A stretch of 64,000 bases of DNA from Parcubacteria group bacterium (GCA_041671525.1 JBAZBJ010000003.1:28813-92812); one strand, 5' to 3'. Numbered from the stretch's first letter, positions 27,093 to 36,669 are shown. Notes: generated from the sequence alone by a model not told the origin. Program-made: numbers and translations.

Positions 27093-28520
27093 ATGCTAGG
27101 AATCGGAGGAATTGCCTGTGTAGTAAATTTACAAAATGCGGCAAAACATGTGAGCAAACTCTTGCAAAGATTGCGCCATCGCGGAGCAGACGTGATCAAC
27201 ATTGCAAGTGTCGGAAAAAATGAAGATCCGGAGAAGAAGCCTGAGGACCCCGAATACATCGGCTATTATGAAGAGAAGACGCCCTGCGAGGGCACTGATT
27301 TCGAGGGCTTTCCCTTCGAAGAAGGCGGTCAACTATTAGGGCCAATGGCTATCGGTTTTTGTTTCGATGTTGAAAAAAGGATCAGTGCCATTAAAGACAG
27401 GCGGCAGATGCATATCATCGAGAGCGCTCACTTTGGCTTGATGGTCATAGCTTTTAGCGGAAAAACAGAACTAAGCAGTTCTGGAAAGATTAATAATTTA
27501 TCCAAGGAATGCTGTACGCTTAGCTCCGACAATGGCTTTGATACACTTGTACGCATGCTTATCGGGTCAAAAAAAGAACGTCTGATTGATGCTTTGTTGG
27601 ATGTATTACCAAGGTTCACTGCGGCATACACATTGGCGATAATGACCAAGGATGAATTATTTGCAGCACGCGGTCCCCATGGAGTCTTCCCTTTATTTCT
27701 TGGAAGAATTGGGAAGGGGCTTGTTGTAACTTCAGAGGATGTAGCACTTAAGCAAAACCCGCAAGCCGAACTTATTGAAGAAATAGGCCCAGGTGAAATT
27801 GTTTCACTTAAAAGGGACAGTCCCGACTACCAAATTCATCATTTTGCAAAATCAGAAGAAATGCTTTGTGCTGTGGAATGTATCCACATGAGCAGCCCCA
27901 TAACAACACACCGTGGAATTCATATCGAAGATTTTCGCCAGGCGCTGGGACGGGAATTTGCCAGGGAACACCGAGAGCGACTACTCAAGGCCGGTAAAAA
28001 TATTGTGCCCATGATGCGCTCCGGCAAAGATCAAGGTTCAGGAGTATCTGACGAATCGGGAATTCCATACACGGAATATATCAAACTTGATAAAAATCGT
28101 CCCCGAACCCGGAATCGACCCCTCACCAAAATAAGTTATGAAAAAGCTCTTGAAAGGTCTTACCAAAAAACGATTCTGCGCGAAGACAAAATCAAGAGCA
28201 AAAGCATAATCGTCGTTGAAAGCATAATGATAACTTCGATGAATATGCGTATCATTAATGAAAGACTGCATAAAGCAGGAGCATCCCGCAGAACTACCTG
28301 CATCACCGCCCCAATGGTGACCAACGTCTGCCCATCAGGAATGGAACACTCTACTACTGATATGTTAATCGCTTATGGCAGGACACTTGACGAAATCAGG
28401 ATTCTCATCGGGACTGATGACTTATTATTCCTATCACTTGCAGGTCTGAAAAAAGTCTTATCTGAGACTTTTCATACTAACTTTTGCACCGGATGTTTTG
28501 GAGGAGACTATCCGAAATAG
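27093..28520 (+). CDS. Amidophosphoribosyltransferase (PurF)-like protein with degenerate catalytic motifs
   Basis: PurF-wide collinearity, including the C-terminal FCTGCFGGDYP. However, Cys1 is Leu (MLGIGG), and the PRPP loop VDDSIVRGTT reads VESIMITSMN. Confidence 0.7.
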   Translation: MLGIGGIACVVNLQNAAKHVSKLLQRLRHRGADVINIASVGKNEDPEKKPEDPEYIGYYEEKTPCEGTDFEGFPFEEGGQLLGPMAIGFCFDVEKRISAIKDRRQMHIIESAHFGLMVIAFSGKTELSSSGKINNLSKECCTLSSDNGFDTLVRMLIGSKKERLIDALLDVLPRFTAAYTLAIMTKDELFAARGPHGVFPLFLGRIGKGLVVTSEDVALKQNPQAELIEEIGPGEIVSLKRDSPDYQIHHFAKSEEMLCAVECIHMSSPITTHRGIHIEDFRQALGREFAREHRERLLKAGKNIVPMMRSGKDQGSGVSDESGIPYTEYIKLDKNRPRTRNRPLTKISYEKALERSYQKTILREDKIKSKSIIVVESIMITSMNMRIINERLHKAGASRRTTCITAPMVTNVCPSGMEHSTTDMLIAYGRTLDEIRILIGTDDLLFLSLAGLKKVLSETFHTNFCTGCFGGDYPK

Positions 28521-28575
28521 CAACTATTATAAAGTAACAGCTAACAAAAGGAGGGCCACAGGCCCTCCTAGTTTT

Positions 28576-29154
28576 TTATGCAAATCTTTTTTCCACCACT
28601 CCCCAGTCCACATTTTTCATAAAGACATCAATGTAGCTGGCGCGGTCTTTACCGTAGTCCGGGAAGTAGGCATGCTCGAAGACGTCCATCACCAAGAGCG
28701 GTGTGGCGCCGGCGAAGTGGCCGCCGTCATGTTCAGAAATCCAGACATTGAAAAGTTCGCCCGCCTGTTTGTCATAATATAAAACCACCCACCCGATGCC
28801 GCGCATCGCGCCCATGGCACGAAAATCTTTTTCCCAAGCTGCGACACTACCGAAGTTTTCCACCATTTTTTTGTGCAGCTCTCCTTCGGTATCAATGGCT
28901 TTTCCACCGCTCACCAAATTTTCAAAATAATATTCATGCAGCCGCATCCCGTTCCACTCCCAACCAAAACGTCGATTGAGCTCGGCATATTCGGGCGTAG
29001 TAAATTTATCCTCTTTTTCCATGCCCACCAAAATATCATTGAGCTTGTTGATGTTGGTCACGTACCCTTCATACAACGCGAAATGCGTGTTGAGCGCTTG
29101 GTCGCTGAAACCCGGAGTGCCTTTGAAAACTGCGTAGTCTTTTTTGACGTACAT
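28576..29154 (-). CDS. Fe/Mn superoxide dismutase
   Basis: HFALYEGY and DVFEHAYF motifs. 192 aa. Confidence 0.92.
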   Translation of the reverse strand: MYVKKDYAVFKGTPGFSDQALNTHFALYEGYVTNINKLNDILVGMEKEDKFTTPEYAELNRRFGWEWNGMRLHEYYFENLVSGGKAIDTEGELHKKMVENFGSVAAWEKDFRAMGAMRGIGWVVLYYDKQAGELFNVWISEHDGGHFAGATPLLVMDVFEHAYFPDYGKDRASYIDVFMKNVDWGVVEKRFA

Positions 29155-29258
29155 AAGCTTAAAATTAAAAAATAAATTAATAACCTAATTGTAATACAGC
29201 TTGCCGTTAATACAAATACTATCGCCACATATTGCAAAATAGCTTTTATCCGAAGGAC

Positions 29259-29308
29259 TTATCCACACCCCGGGTCACCTTGCATGTTATTTTGAATAAT
29301 TGTATAAT
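29259..29308 (+). promoter_or_regulatory. TTATCCACA box plus sigma-70-type promoter
   Basis: TTATCCACA (29259-29267), 12 nt, TTGCAT (29280-29285), N17, TATAAT (29303-29308). Confidence 0.55.
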
Positions 29309-29341
29309 TTAAGAGTAAAACAAACACGAACAAAAATACAA

Positions 29342-30085
29342 ATGGACGAAAAAAACAACGATCAAAGCGCTGAAAAAATTCAGTCGTTGCGCGAGATGAT
29401 TATGAGCGCGGAACGGACCATTCAAGGCGCCAAAGCCATGCTGCTTCAACTGGAAGGCAAGAAAAAAGTCGGACGCAAACGCAAGACCATGGAAGATGAT
29501 GCGGATGGCCGTGTCATTGAAGGAACTTTTGACGGACAAATTATGATCGGCAACGATGGGAAGCAATATCCCGTGCCGGCCAATTATGCTTCGAAATCCA
29601 AGCTTATCGAAGGTGACATGCTGAAACTGACCATCACCGGCGAAGGCTCTTTTATTTATAAACAGATCGGACCGATCGAAAGAAAAAGACTGCTGGGCAT
29701 CGTCAATCAGGACGCAGACGGCAATTATTTCATCATCGCGGACGGCAAACCTTTCCGCGTGCTTTTGGCGTCCATCACCTATTTCAAAGTCGAACCGGGC
29801 GACGAAGTGACACTGGTCACGCCGCGCGACATGGATTCCGATTGGGCCTCAATTGAAAACGTCATCCAGAAATCGCGCGATGACAAGCCGGCTCACCGCT
29901 ACGCGCCAACGCCAAACATTGCTAATCTCTATGACGACCTGGGCGGCGACACCGACAACGTCCCGAAAGAAGAAATTGAAGACACAGCGGTTGCTCCGAA
30001 AAAAGCCGACACTTCCATTTTTGATGAGTGGGCGCCGGATTTGGAGGATCTAAAAAAAGAACTTAACAATAATAAGGATTTATAA
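29342..30085 (+). CDS. Hypothetical protein, 247 aa from the internal Met
   Basis: The track start at 29300 lies inside the predicted promoter, so ATG 29342 (MDEKNND...) is preferred. No family recognised. Confidence 0.55.
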   Translation: MDEKNNDQSAEKIQSLREMIMSAERTIQGAKAMLLQLEGKKKVGRKRKTMEDDADGRVIEGTFDGQIMIGNDGKQYPVPANYASKSKLIEGDMLKLTITGEGSFIYKQIGPIERKRLLGIVNQDADGNYFIIADGKPFRVLLASITYFKVEPGDEVTLVTPRDMDSDWASIENVIQKSRDDKPAHRYAPTPNIANLYDDLGGDTDNVPKEEIEDTAVAPKKADTSIFDEWAPDLEDLKKELNNNKDL

Positions 30086-30091
30086 ACAAAT

Positions 30092-30577
30092 ATGGAAGAT
30101 GTTCTCGTCCAAGCACAACCGGAAAAGAGTTTATTGAAAAAACTGATCGAACAATTCGGCAAATTCATCCTGGTCGGCATCATGAACACCCTGGTCGATT
30201 TATTCGTTTTGAATGTTTTGATGGCTGTGACTGGTGTGGTTATCGGTGTTGGCTATTCCGTCGAAAAAGCCATCTCCTTTCTCGTCGCAGTCACTTTCAG
30301 TTATTTTATCAACAAACACTGGACCTTCCAGGATAAATCTAAAGAGGATGAAGGCAAGAAAATGTCGCAGTTTTTTATGGTTAGTTTTGTTGGGATGTTG
30401 ATCAATGTAACCGTAGCCACCGTTGTCGTGACCTACCTGCAAACCCCGATCAACAATATCCTTGATCTCCCCTTCCTGACGCCCCAACTGTGGGGCACCA
30501 TCGGCGCGCTCGGTGGCACCGCTATCGGACTGTTCTGGAATTTCGTCGGCTACAAATTCTGGGTTTTCAAAAAATAA
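30092..30577 (+). CDS. GtrA-family membrane protein
   Basis: Four TM helices and the FGKFILVGIMNTLVD signature. Confidence 0.8.
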   Translation: MEDVLVQAQPEKSLLKKLIEQFGKFILVGIMNTLVDLFVLNVLMAVTGVVIGVGYSVEKAISFLVAVTFSYFINKHWTFQDKSKEDEGKKMSQFFMVSFVGMLINVTVATVVVTYLQTPINNILDLPFLTPQLWGTIGALGGTAIGLFWNFVGYKFWVFKK

Positions 30578-30637
30578 GCCCCATTTTAGAGAAGTCTTGT
30601 TGCATGACAAGGCTTTTTGTTTTTGCTAAAATTAAGC

Positions 30638-31092
30638 TACTACAAATATACAAATCAAATACAAATTTACAAATATATGGACAAAAATGAGCCAGACAAG
30701 GTCATTCACAAGGAATTAAGCTATAAAGTTGTCGGTATCCTCTTTGAAGTATATAATGAGTTAGGGTTTGGTTATCAAGAAAAATACTACGAAAAGGCCA
30801 TTGAAAAAAGCTTCTTAAAGGAAAAAATAACTTTTAAGCGGCAAGCTCCTTTTAATTTAAAGTTCAAAGGCGAAGTTATCGGCAAGTACTATTTAGATTT
30901 TCTAGTTGAAGATAAAATTGTTTTAGAAATTAAAAAAGGCAACCATTTCCCAAAAAGAAACATAAACCAAGTAAAAGAATATTTAAAAGTTACTGGATTG
31001 AAGCTAGCAATTCTCGCAAACTTTACTTCAAGTGATGTGAAATTATTAAGAATACTAAATTTGTAGATTTGTAAAAGATTTGTAATTTGTAG
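30638..31092 (+). mobile_element. Hairpin-bounded cassette carrying a GxxExxY gene
   Basis: Left arm CTACTACAAATATACAAATCAAATACAAATTTACAAATAT and right arm AAATTTGTAGATTTGTAAAAGATTTGTAATTTGTAG. These match the cargo-less elements at 14292-14391 and 38169-38256. Confidence 0.6.
30677..31066 (+). CDS. GxxExxY protein (PD-(D/E)xK-like family often found in 23S rRNA intervening sequences)
   Basis: LGFGYQEKYYEKA (GxxExxY) and YYLDFLVEDKIVLEIKKG. Start taken at the internal Met MDKNEPD. Confidence 0.8.
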   Translation: MDKNEPDKVIHKELSYKVVGILFEVYNELGFGYQEKYYEKAIEKSFLKEKITFKRQAPFNLKFKGEVIGKYYLDFLVEDKIVLEIKKGNHFPKRNINQVKEYLKVTGLKLAILANFTSSDVKLLRILNL

Positions 31093-31101
31093 TTAATTTA
31101 T

Positions 31102-32853
31102 ATGGCATCCGAAACGCTTTATCGCAAATACCGACCAAAAAACTTTGCTGAGGTAATCGGCCAGCATCATATTGTTCAGACACTGACCAACGCGATCAAA
31201 CACAATCGCATCGGTCAAGCCTACCTCTTCACCGGTCCGCGCGGCACCGGCAAGACTTCCATCGCGCGCATCTTTGCCAAAACGGTCAACTGCGATCCGA
31301 CCCACTTAGGCTCTAAGAGCCCAATTGGGCTCTTAGAGCCTAAGTGGCCTTGCGAAAAATGTCCGGCTTGTCAGATGATTTCGGAAAACAAGTCTTTGGA
31401 CATCATCGAGATTGATGCGGCGTCCAACACCGGCGTGGACAACATCCGCGAGCTGCGCGAGACCATCAATCTGCCACCGACTTCGCTCAAATACAAAGTC
31501 TACATCATCGATGAAGTCCATATGCTTTCCACCGGCGCTTTCAACGCGCTCTTGAAAACCTTGGAAGAACCGCCTTCTCACGTCATTTTCATCCTGGCCA
31601 CCACCGAAATCCACAAAGTGCCGCAGACCATCCTGTCGCGCTGCCAGCGTTTCGATTTCACCCGTCTGCCGATTGCCAACATCATTGAAAAACTGACGCT
31701 CATCGCCAAGAACGAAAAGATCCAGATCGACACCGATTCGCTGGAAATGATCGCTATCGCGGCTGAAGGTGGGATGCGCGACGCCGAAAGTTTGCTGGGG
31801 CAAGTCATCGCGTTGGAAGACAAAAACATCACTGTCAAAGAAGTCGAGGAAATTCTCGGCGCGACCGACCGCAAGTTTTCCCACGATGTGTGTGAAATGA
31901 TCGTTAATAATGATTCGACCGGCGCCATCCAAAAAATCAACGAGCTTTTGAACGACGGCTATGACCTCTCGATTTTCAACAAGTCGCTCATCAACTATCT
32001 GCGCCAGCTGATGCTTTTAAAAATCAGCCCAGATCTCAAAGCATCTTTTGCCTACGAAATGACCGGCGAACAGATCGAAAAGATGCTCGCGCAGACCAAA
32101 AAGATCGAACTGCAAAAAATCATCATCGCAATCAATCTTTTTTTAGACGCGCAGAGTAAAATTTCCTCTTTCCTGCTCCCCCAGTTGCCGTTGGAAATTG
32201 CCATCATCAAGGCGACACACACTTTCCCTGCTGTAGAAAGTATCAAATATCAAGCAGCGGGTGGCAATGACCAAGATACAAGAAACAAGGAACAAACAAA
32301 CTACAAACCACAAACTACAAACCACAAACAAGGCGCGGAAATACAAAACACACGAGAATGTCATTCCGGACTTGATCCGGAATCTAGTCAAAAATCTTCA
32401 GTTTCGCCACTAGATTCCCGTTTCCACGGGAATGACAACAAGGCTTCAGACCAAGTTACAAACAGCAACTCCAAACAAATTTTGACCTACGATGTCCAGA
32501 ACAATTGGAGCAGACTCTTGGAAGCCATCAAACCGAAAAATCATTCCTTGCAGGCGTTGCTGTTCAGTTGCCAAGTGCTAAGCGTCGAAAACAATGTTAT
32601 CACCTTGGCCACACCCTATGATTTCTATAAAGAAAAACTGACCATTCCCGCCAATCGCCAAATCGCGGAAGAAGTTTTCAGCCAGATTTTGGGCGCCAAA
32701 ATCATCATCAAAACCGTCACCAACAAAGAAGCTGGCATCCCGATCAGCGCGCAACAAACCGGCGCCCACGAAGAAGACAAGCCCGCCGGCGAACAAAATT
32801 CCCTCCTGGCTGACGCCATGAACATTATGGGCGGCAAAGTCGTGCAGGAATAA
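31102..32853 (+). CDS. dnaX: DNA polymerase III subunit gamma/tau
   Basis: AAA+ clamp-loader motifs (GPRGTGKTS, IIDEVHML, SRCQRF) and a zinc module (CxxCxxC). Confidence 0.92.
   Translation: MASETLYRKYRPKNFAEVIGQHHIVQTLTNAIKHNRIGQAYLFTGPRGTGKTSIARIFAKTVNCDPTHLGSKSPIGLLEPKWPCEKCPACQMISENKSLDIIEIDAASNTGVDNIRELRETINLPPTSLKYKVYIIDEVHMLSTGAFNALLKTLEEPPSHVIFILATTEIHKVPQTILSRCQRFDFTRLPIANIIEKLTLIAKNEKIQIDTDSLEMIAIAAEGGMRDAESLLGQVIALEDKNITVKEVEEILGATDRKFSHDVCEMIVNNDSTGAIQKINELLNDGYDLSIFNKSLINYLRQLMLLKISPDLKASFAYEMTGEQIEKMLAQTKKIELQKIIIAINLFLDAQSKISSFLLPQLPLEIAIIKATHTFPAVESIKYQAAGGNDQDTRNKEQTNYKPQTTNHKQGAEIQNTRECHSGLDPESSQKSSVSPLDSRFHGNDNKASDQVTNSNSKQILTYDVQNNWSRLLEAIKPKNHSLQALLFSCQVLSVENNVITLATPYDFYKEKLTIPANRQIAEEVFSQILGAKIIIKTVTNKEAGIPISAQQTGAHEEDKPAGEQNSLLADAMNIMGGKVVQE
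32359..32437. repeat. Palindromic element inside dnaX
   Basis: TGTCATTCC-GGACTTGATCC-GGAATCTAG ... CTAGATTCC-CGTTTCCACG-GGAATGACA. Same family as the intergenic copy at 38916-38982. Confidence 0.8.
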
Positions 32854-32913
32854 TTTAAATTTTACACAACAAAAAAAGTCCTTGAATTAATCAGGACTTT
32901 TTTTATTCTTATT

Positions 32914-33345
32914 TTACTTCTGATCGAAAGTTTTGGCGGCGATGAATTTGGTCGCATAGTAGCCACCAATGAAGGCAAAAATGTGCACGCTCCCAAAGGC
33001 CACGCCGCTTCCCAGGATGCCCATGCCGAGAAAATTTATGCCCGACAAAGTGAGTCCAAAAGGGTAAAAATCAAAGAGGGCCGGCAAAATGTTGTAATAT
33101 GCACCCCAGACTGAGGCAACGATGATGGCTCCGATTATGACTTTAATGGTTTCACGTTTGTCTAAATTTAAAACAGACAAGAATACAACTGAAAACACAA
33201 AATACCAAGTCGCCTTAGCCATAAAATATGGCAGGGTCTCCATCGGGTCGGAAAACAAGAGATGAGAAAAATAGTCAACAACATACACGCCGACGGCGGT
33301 GATGATCGAGGCTTTGAGCGCAATTTTCAGATAATTGTTTTGCAT
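32914..33345 (-). CDS. Hypothetical polytopic membrane protein
   Basis: Four hydrophobic helices. Confidence 0.45.
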   Translation of the reverse strand: MQNNYLKIALKASIITAVGVYVVDYFSHLLFSDPMETLPYFMAKATWYFVFSVVFLSVLNLDKRETIKVIIGAIIVASVWGAYYNILPALFDFYPFGLTLSGINFLGMGILGSGVAFGSVHIFAFIGGYYATKFIAAKTFDQK

Positions 33346-33359
33346 AGGATTTAAGTTGA

Positions 33360-33716
33360 TTAATTATCAAATTTTGTGACTATCCTTTTTCTTAACAAGA
33401 AAACCGCTGCCGCCGTCACCATCGCGCCCAGAATTGAGCTAATTGCCCAATATTCACTGACCGTTCGGCCGCCCAGCACAATATAAAACAGCTCATCGGC
33501 CACCAATCCCAAACCGACGGAAAAAAGAACCAGTCGTAATCTAGTACAACTTTTTGCTAACAATATCGCAACCAACGTCAGCACCAACCCCGTCCAGAAA
33601 TGACGAATGATCGTCCCGTCGATAATCAATTTTCTATACGGAAAAAAGAAAACCCCGGTTCTGACCGTCAGCATGGTCGCAAGAAACAGAAGATAAAAGA
33701 TGTTTTCTTTTTTCAT
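33360..33716 (-). CDS. Hypothetical membrane protein
   Basis: Three to four hydrophobic helices. Confidence 0.45.
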   Translation of the reverse strand: MKKENIFYLLFLATMLTVRTGVFFFPYRKLIIDGTIIRHFWTGLVLTLVAILLAKSCTRLRLVLFSVGLGLVADELFYIVLGGRTVSEYWAISSILGAMVTAAAVFLLRKRIVTKFDN

Positions 33717-33807
33717 TATAAGCTAATACTACCCCGCTATTTTATTTTTGTCCAAAAATCGACAAAAACAGCGCTCGCCACGCTGTTTTTTCTTTTTCCG
33801 CACAATG

Positions 33808-33879
33808 TTGGGGCGGTAGGATTCGAACCTACGCATGACGGAGTCAAAGTCCGTTGCCTTACCGCTTGGCTACACCCCA
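33808..33879 (-). tRNA. tRNA-Gln (anticodon UUG)
   Basis: Hand-folded cloverleaf: acceptor TGGGGTG/CGCCCCA, anticodon arm ACGGA-CTTTGAC-TCCGT, T arm GTAGG-TTCGAAT-CCTAC. CCA is not encoded. Confidence 0.9.
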
Positions 33880-33947
33880 CTATTTTAAAAAGACTTTTGG
33901 AAGTCTTTATGTAATTTACACTAAAACTCAAAAGAAATCAAGCCTGG

Positions 33948-35156
33948 TCAATTTCCATTATATTCCACGCGATAAATCACCCCGGCCTTGTCATCAGACA
34001 CATACAGCGCTCCGTCGGGGCCGAATTTCAGATCCACCGGCCGACCGAGCGCTTCATTGCCTTGCAACCAGTTGGAGATAAAATCCATCTCCTTGCCCAC
34101 AACATCTCCCTGTTCATTTAATTCGAATCTGACAATTTTGTAGCCGGTCGGCACGCTACGATTCCAGGAGCCATGATACGCAACCAACAGGTCGTTTTTG
34201 TATTCCGCCGGCCAATTGGAATTCTCCGGCACAAAAGTCAGACCCAGCGGAGCGGAATGCGCTTGAAAAGCGATGTGTGGCGGAGTTTTTCCTTCGCAAG
34301 AAACATTTTTTTGCGGATCAAAATTGTCATCGTGGATGTTGTTGTCATAGCAATATGGCCAACCATAATCTTCTCCGGCTTTCAAAACATTAACCTCCTC
34401 AGGTGGGACATTGTCCCCCAAAAGATCCCTCCCCATTTCCGTCGCCCAAATTTCCTGCGTCCGCGGATTGGTGGCTAGAAAAACGGAGTTGCGCAGACCT
34501 TTGGCAAACTCTCGAAAATCACTGCCATCCTTGTTCATGGAAAATATTTTTGCCCGCCGATTGTCTTTTTCCGCACACACATTGCAAGATGACCCAATGG
34601 ACACATACAGTCGCCCATCAGCGCCAAACAGCAATGTGCGCGTGGAATGCCCGCCACCGCTCGGCAGATCGGCTATTTTTTGCAAGGGTGCTTCCGTGTT
34701 CAAAAGCGCCTTCGAAATCTTGTTTTCTTCCGCGATATACAACACCCGCGGATCAACCGGATCAAGGGCGATGCCATGCGGATTGCTCAAGCCGCGAAAA
34801 ATATCATTTTGACTTGCGACTTGGCCGTTCTTTATTTCGAGAAGCGCCACCGCTCCGGCCCGCGTCCGACTAAGCCACATATTCCCCGACGAATCAAAAT
34901 GCATCATGCGCGCCAGCGGCAGATCCTTGGCAAAAATTGAGATGGAAAATCCCACCGGCAGATCCAACGGCATGCCGGTACTGTTTTGTGCGACAAGCGG
35001 CTCAGCCCCGGAGTTTCGCGGAACAAGTTCCGTGATGTCGCGTGCCGGTTCGCTCACTGCCGGCGCGATGCCCCGCAAATTCTGCCAATAGAAATAGCCG
35101 CCATACGCGATGGCGATTGCAAGAATCAGCAGCCCAAAAAACGCAAGTTTTTTCAT
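33948..35156 (-). CDS. PQQ-dependent (soluble glucose/sorbosone) sugar dehydrogenase-like beta-propeller with an N-terminal anchor
   Basis: GLRNS...EMGRDLLGDNVPPEEVN...GEDYGWPYCY. Start taken at MKKLAF. The track start at 35198 overlaps the divergent promoter. Confidence 0.8.
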   Translation of the reverse strand: MKKLAFFGLLILAIAIAYGGYFYWQNLRGIAPAVSEPARDITELVPRNSGAEPLVAQNSTGMPLDLPVGFSISIFAKDLPLARMMHFDSSGNMWLSRTRAGAVALLEIKNGQVASQNDIFRGLSNPHGIALDPVDPRVLYIAEENKISKALLNTEAPLQKIADLPSGGGHSTRTLLFGADGRLYVSIGSSCNVCAEKDNRRAKIFSMNKDGSDFREFAKGLRNSVFLATNPRTQEIWATEMGRDLLGDNVPPEEVNVLKAGEDYGWPYCYDNNIHDDNFDPQKNVSCEGKTPPHIAFQAHSAPLGLTFVPENSNWPAEYKNDLLVAYHGSWNRSVPTGYKIVRFELNEQGDVVGKEMDFISNWLQGNEALGRPVDLKFGPDGALYVSDDKAGVIYRVEYNGN

Positions 35157-35191
35157 ATTTATCTCATATATCTTACCACATATAGCTTCCC

Positions 35192-35220
35192 TTGACAAAG
35201 CCGACTTTCTTCTATATACT
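35192..35220 (+). promoter_or_regulatory. Sigma-70-type promoter for the DEAD-box helicase, with a long 5' UTR
   Basis: TTGACA-N17-TATACT. The leader is about 135 nt and contains the hairpin CTCACT...AGTGAG. Confidence 0.5.
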
Positions 35221-35357
35221 ATCTAGACGTAACTCAAATCTCATTAGTTTTGCTTTAGAAATATTTTTCTATAAACTTCCAAGTTATACAGCTTTATTAA
35301 CGGGACAAACTCACTACACTTTAATTTAACAGTGAGAGTTATGATTTAATAAAGCCT

Positions 35358-36584
35358 ATGTATAAACAAAACTCTTTTGGCCGTGGTCCAAGACGCTCGT
35401 CTGCACCGGCTGGCCGACCCAACCTATCATTTCAAGGACGTCCCGGCGGACAACGCTCAGGTGGCAAAAGACGACCCGGTGAACGGATCGACCTCAACCG
35501 TTTCATCAACAAAGCCGTCATCACCGAAGAAGTGGAGCATTTCAAGCCGGAACACCAGTTCCAGGATTTTAAAATTCAACCCAACCTCAAGCAAGCGATC
35601 ATCACCAAAGGTTACGTTGACCCGACACCAATCCAGGATCGAACCATCGCGCACATCTTGCAAGGGGTGGATTTGGTCGGTATCGCCAACACCGGTACCG
35701 GCAAAACCGCTGCCTTTCTGATTCCCCTTTTGAACAAAGTGCTCTTGAACCCGCGCGAAAAAGTTTTAATTATCGTGCCAACCCGCGAACTGGCCATTCA
35801 AATTGATCAAGAACTCAAAGAATTTGCCAAGGGCATGCGCATTTTTTCGGTGTGCTGCGTCGGTGGCATGAACATCGGACCGCAAATTTCCGCCCTGCGC
35901 CACCAACACAATTTCATCATTGGCACCCCTGGACGCTTGAAAGATCTGATTACGCGAAAAATTATTGCTCTCAATCAACTCAACTCCGTAGTTTTGGATG
36001 AGGCTGACCGCATGCTCGACATGGGCTTCATCAACGATATGCGTTTCGTGATGGCCGGTATGCCGAAAGAACGCCAGACACTGTTCTTCTCAGCGACCGT
36101 TTCACCCGACGTCGACCGCATTATCAAAGAATTTTTGAAAGACCCGGTCAAGATTTCCGTGAAAACTCAGGATACTTCCAAAAACATCGACCAGGATATT
36201 GTGCGTGTTAATAGTTCGAAAAGCAAGATTGATGTGCTGCACGAACTCTTGAACCAAAAAGAACTGAGCAAAGTGTTGATCTTTGGCCGCACCAAGCACG
36301 GCGTGGAAAAACTCTCCAAAGTCTTGGCACAGCGCGGTTTCAAAACCGAATCAATCCACGGCAACAAAAATCATTCCAAGCGGCAGAAAGCTTTGAACTT
36401 GTTCAAGGATGATCGCGTGCAAATTTTGGTCGCCACTGATGTGGCCGCGCGTGGACTTGATATTGCCGACGTGACCCACGTCATCAACTATGACTTGCCG
36501 GAAACCTATGACGACTATGTTCACCGCATCGGCCGCACCGGCCGCGGCAGCAAGAAAGGTAAAGCGCTGACATTTATCGAGTAA
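35358..36584 (+). CDS. DEAD-box ATP-dependent RNA helicase
   Basis: Q motif, GTGKTAAF, DEAD, SAT and HRIGRTGR motifs. The N-terminus is RG-rich. Confidence 0.92.
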   Translation: MYKQNSFGRGPRRSSAPAGRPNLSFQGRPGGQRSGGKRRPGERIDLNRFINKAVITEEVEHFKPEHQFQDFKIQPNLKQAIITKGYVDPTPIQDRTIAHILQGVDLVGIANTGTGKTAAFLIPLLNKVLLNPREKVLIIVPTRELAIQIDQELKEFAKGMRIFSVCCVGGMNIGPQISALRHQHNFIIGTPGRLKDLITRKIIALNQLNSVVLDEADRMLDMGFINDMRFVMAGMPKERQTLFFSATVSPDVDRIIKEFLKDPVKISVKTQDTSKNIDQDIVRVNSSKSKIDVLHELLNQKELSKVLIFGRTKHGVEKLSKVLAQRGFKTESIHGNKNHSKRQKALNLFKDDRVQILVATDVAARGLDIADVTHVINYDLPETYDDYVHRIGRTGRGSKKGKALTFIE

Positions 36585-36669
36585 CATCGGATTCACACCG
36601 AAAAGACCGCCACAAGGCGGTCTTTTTTTATCATAGAACACGCATCGTCATTGGTGCTATAATAAAAAC

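Noticed and set aside
29300-29341. The track start codon for the 29300-30085 ORF
   Set aside because: ATG 29300 lies between the -35 (29280) and -10 (29303) of the predicted promoter, so it would not be on the mRNA. ATG 29342 was used instead.
31102-32853. Programmed -1 frameshift site in dnaX producing gamma
   Set aside because: I did not find an A-AAA-AAG-type slippery heptamer followed by a stem-loop in the appropriate region. The unusual segment is explained by the repeat insertions instead.
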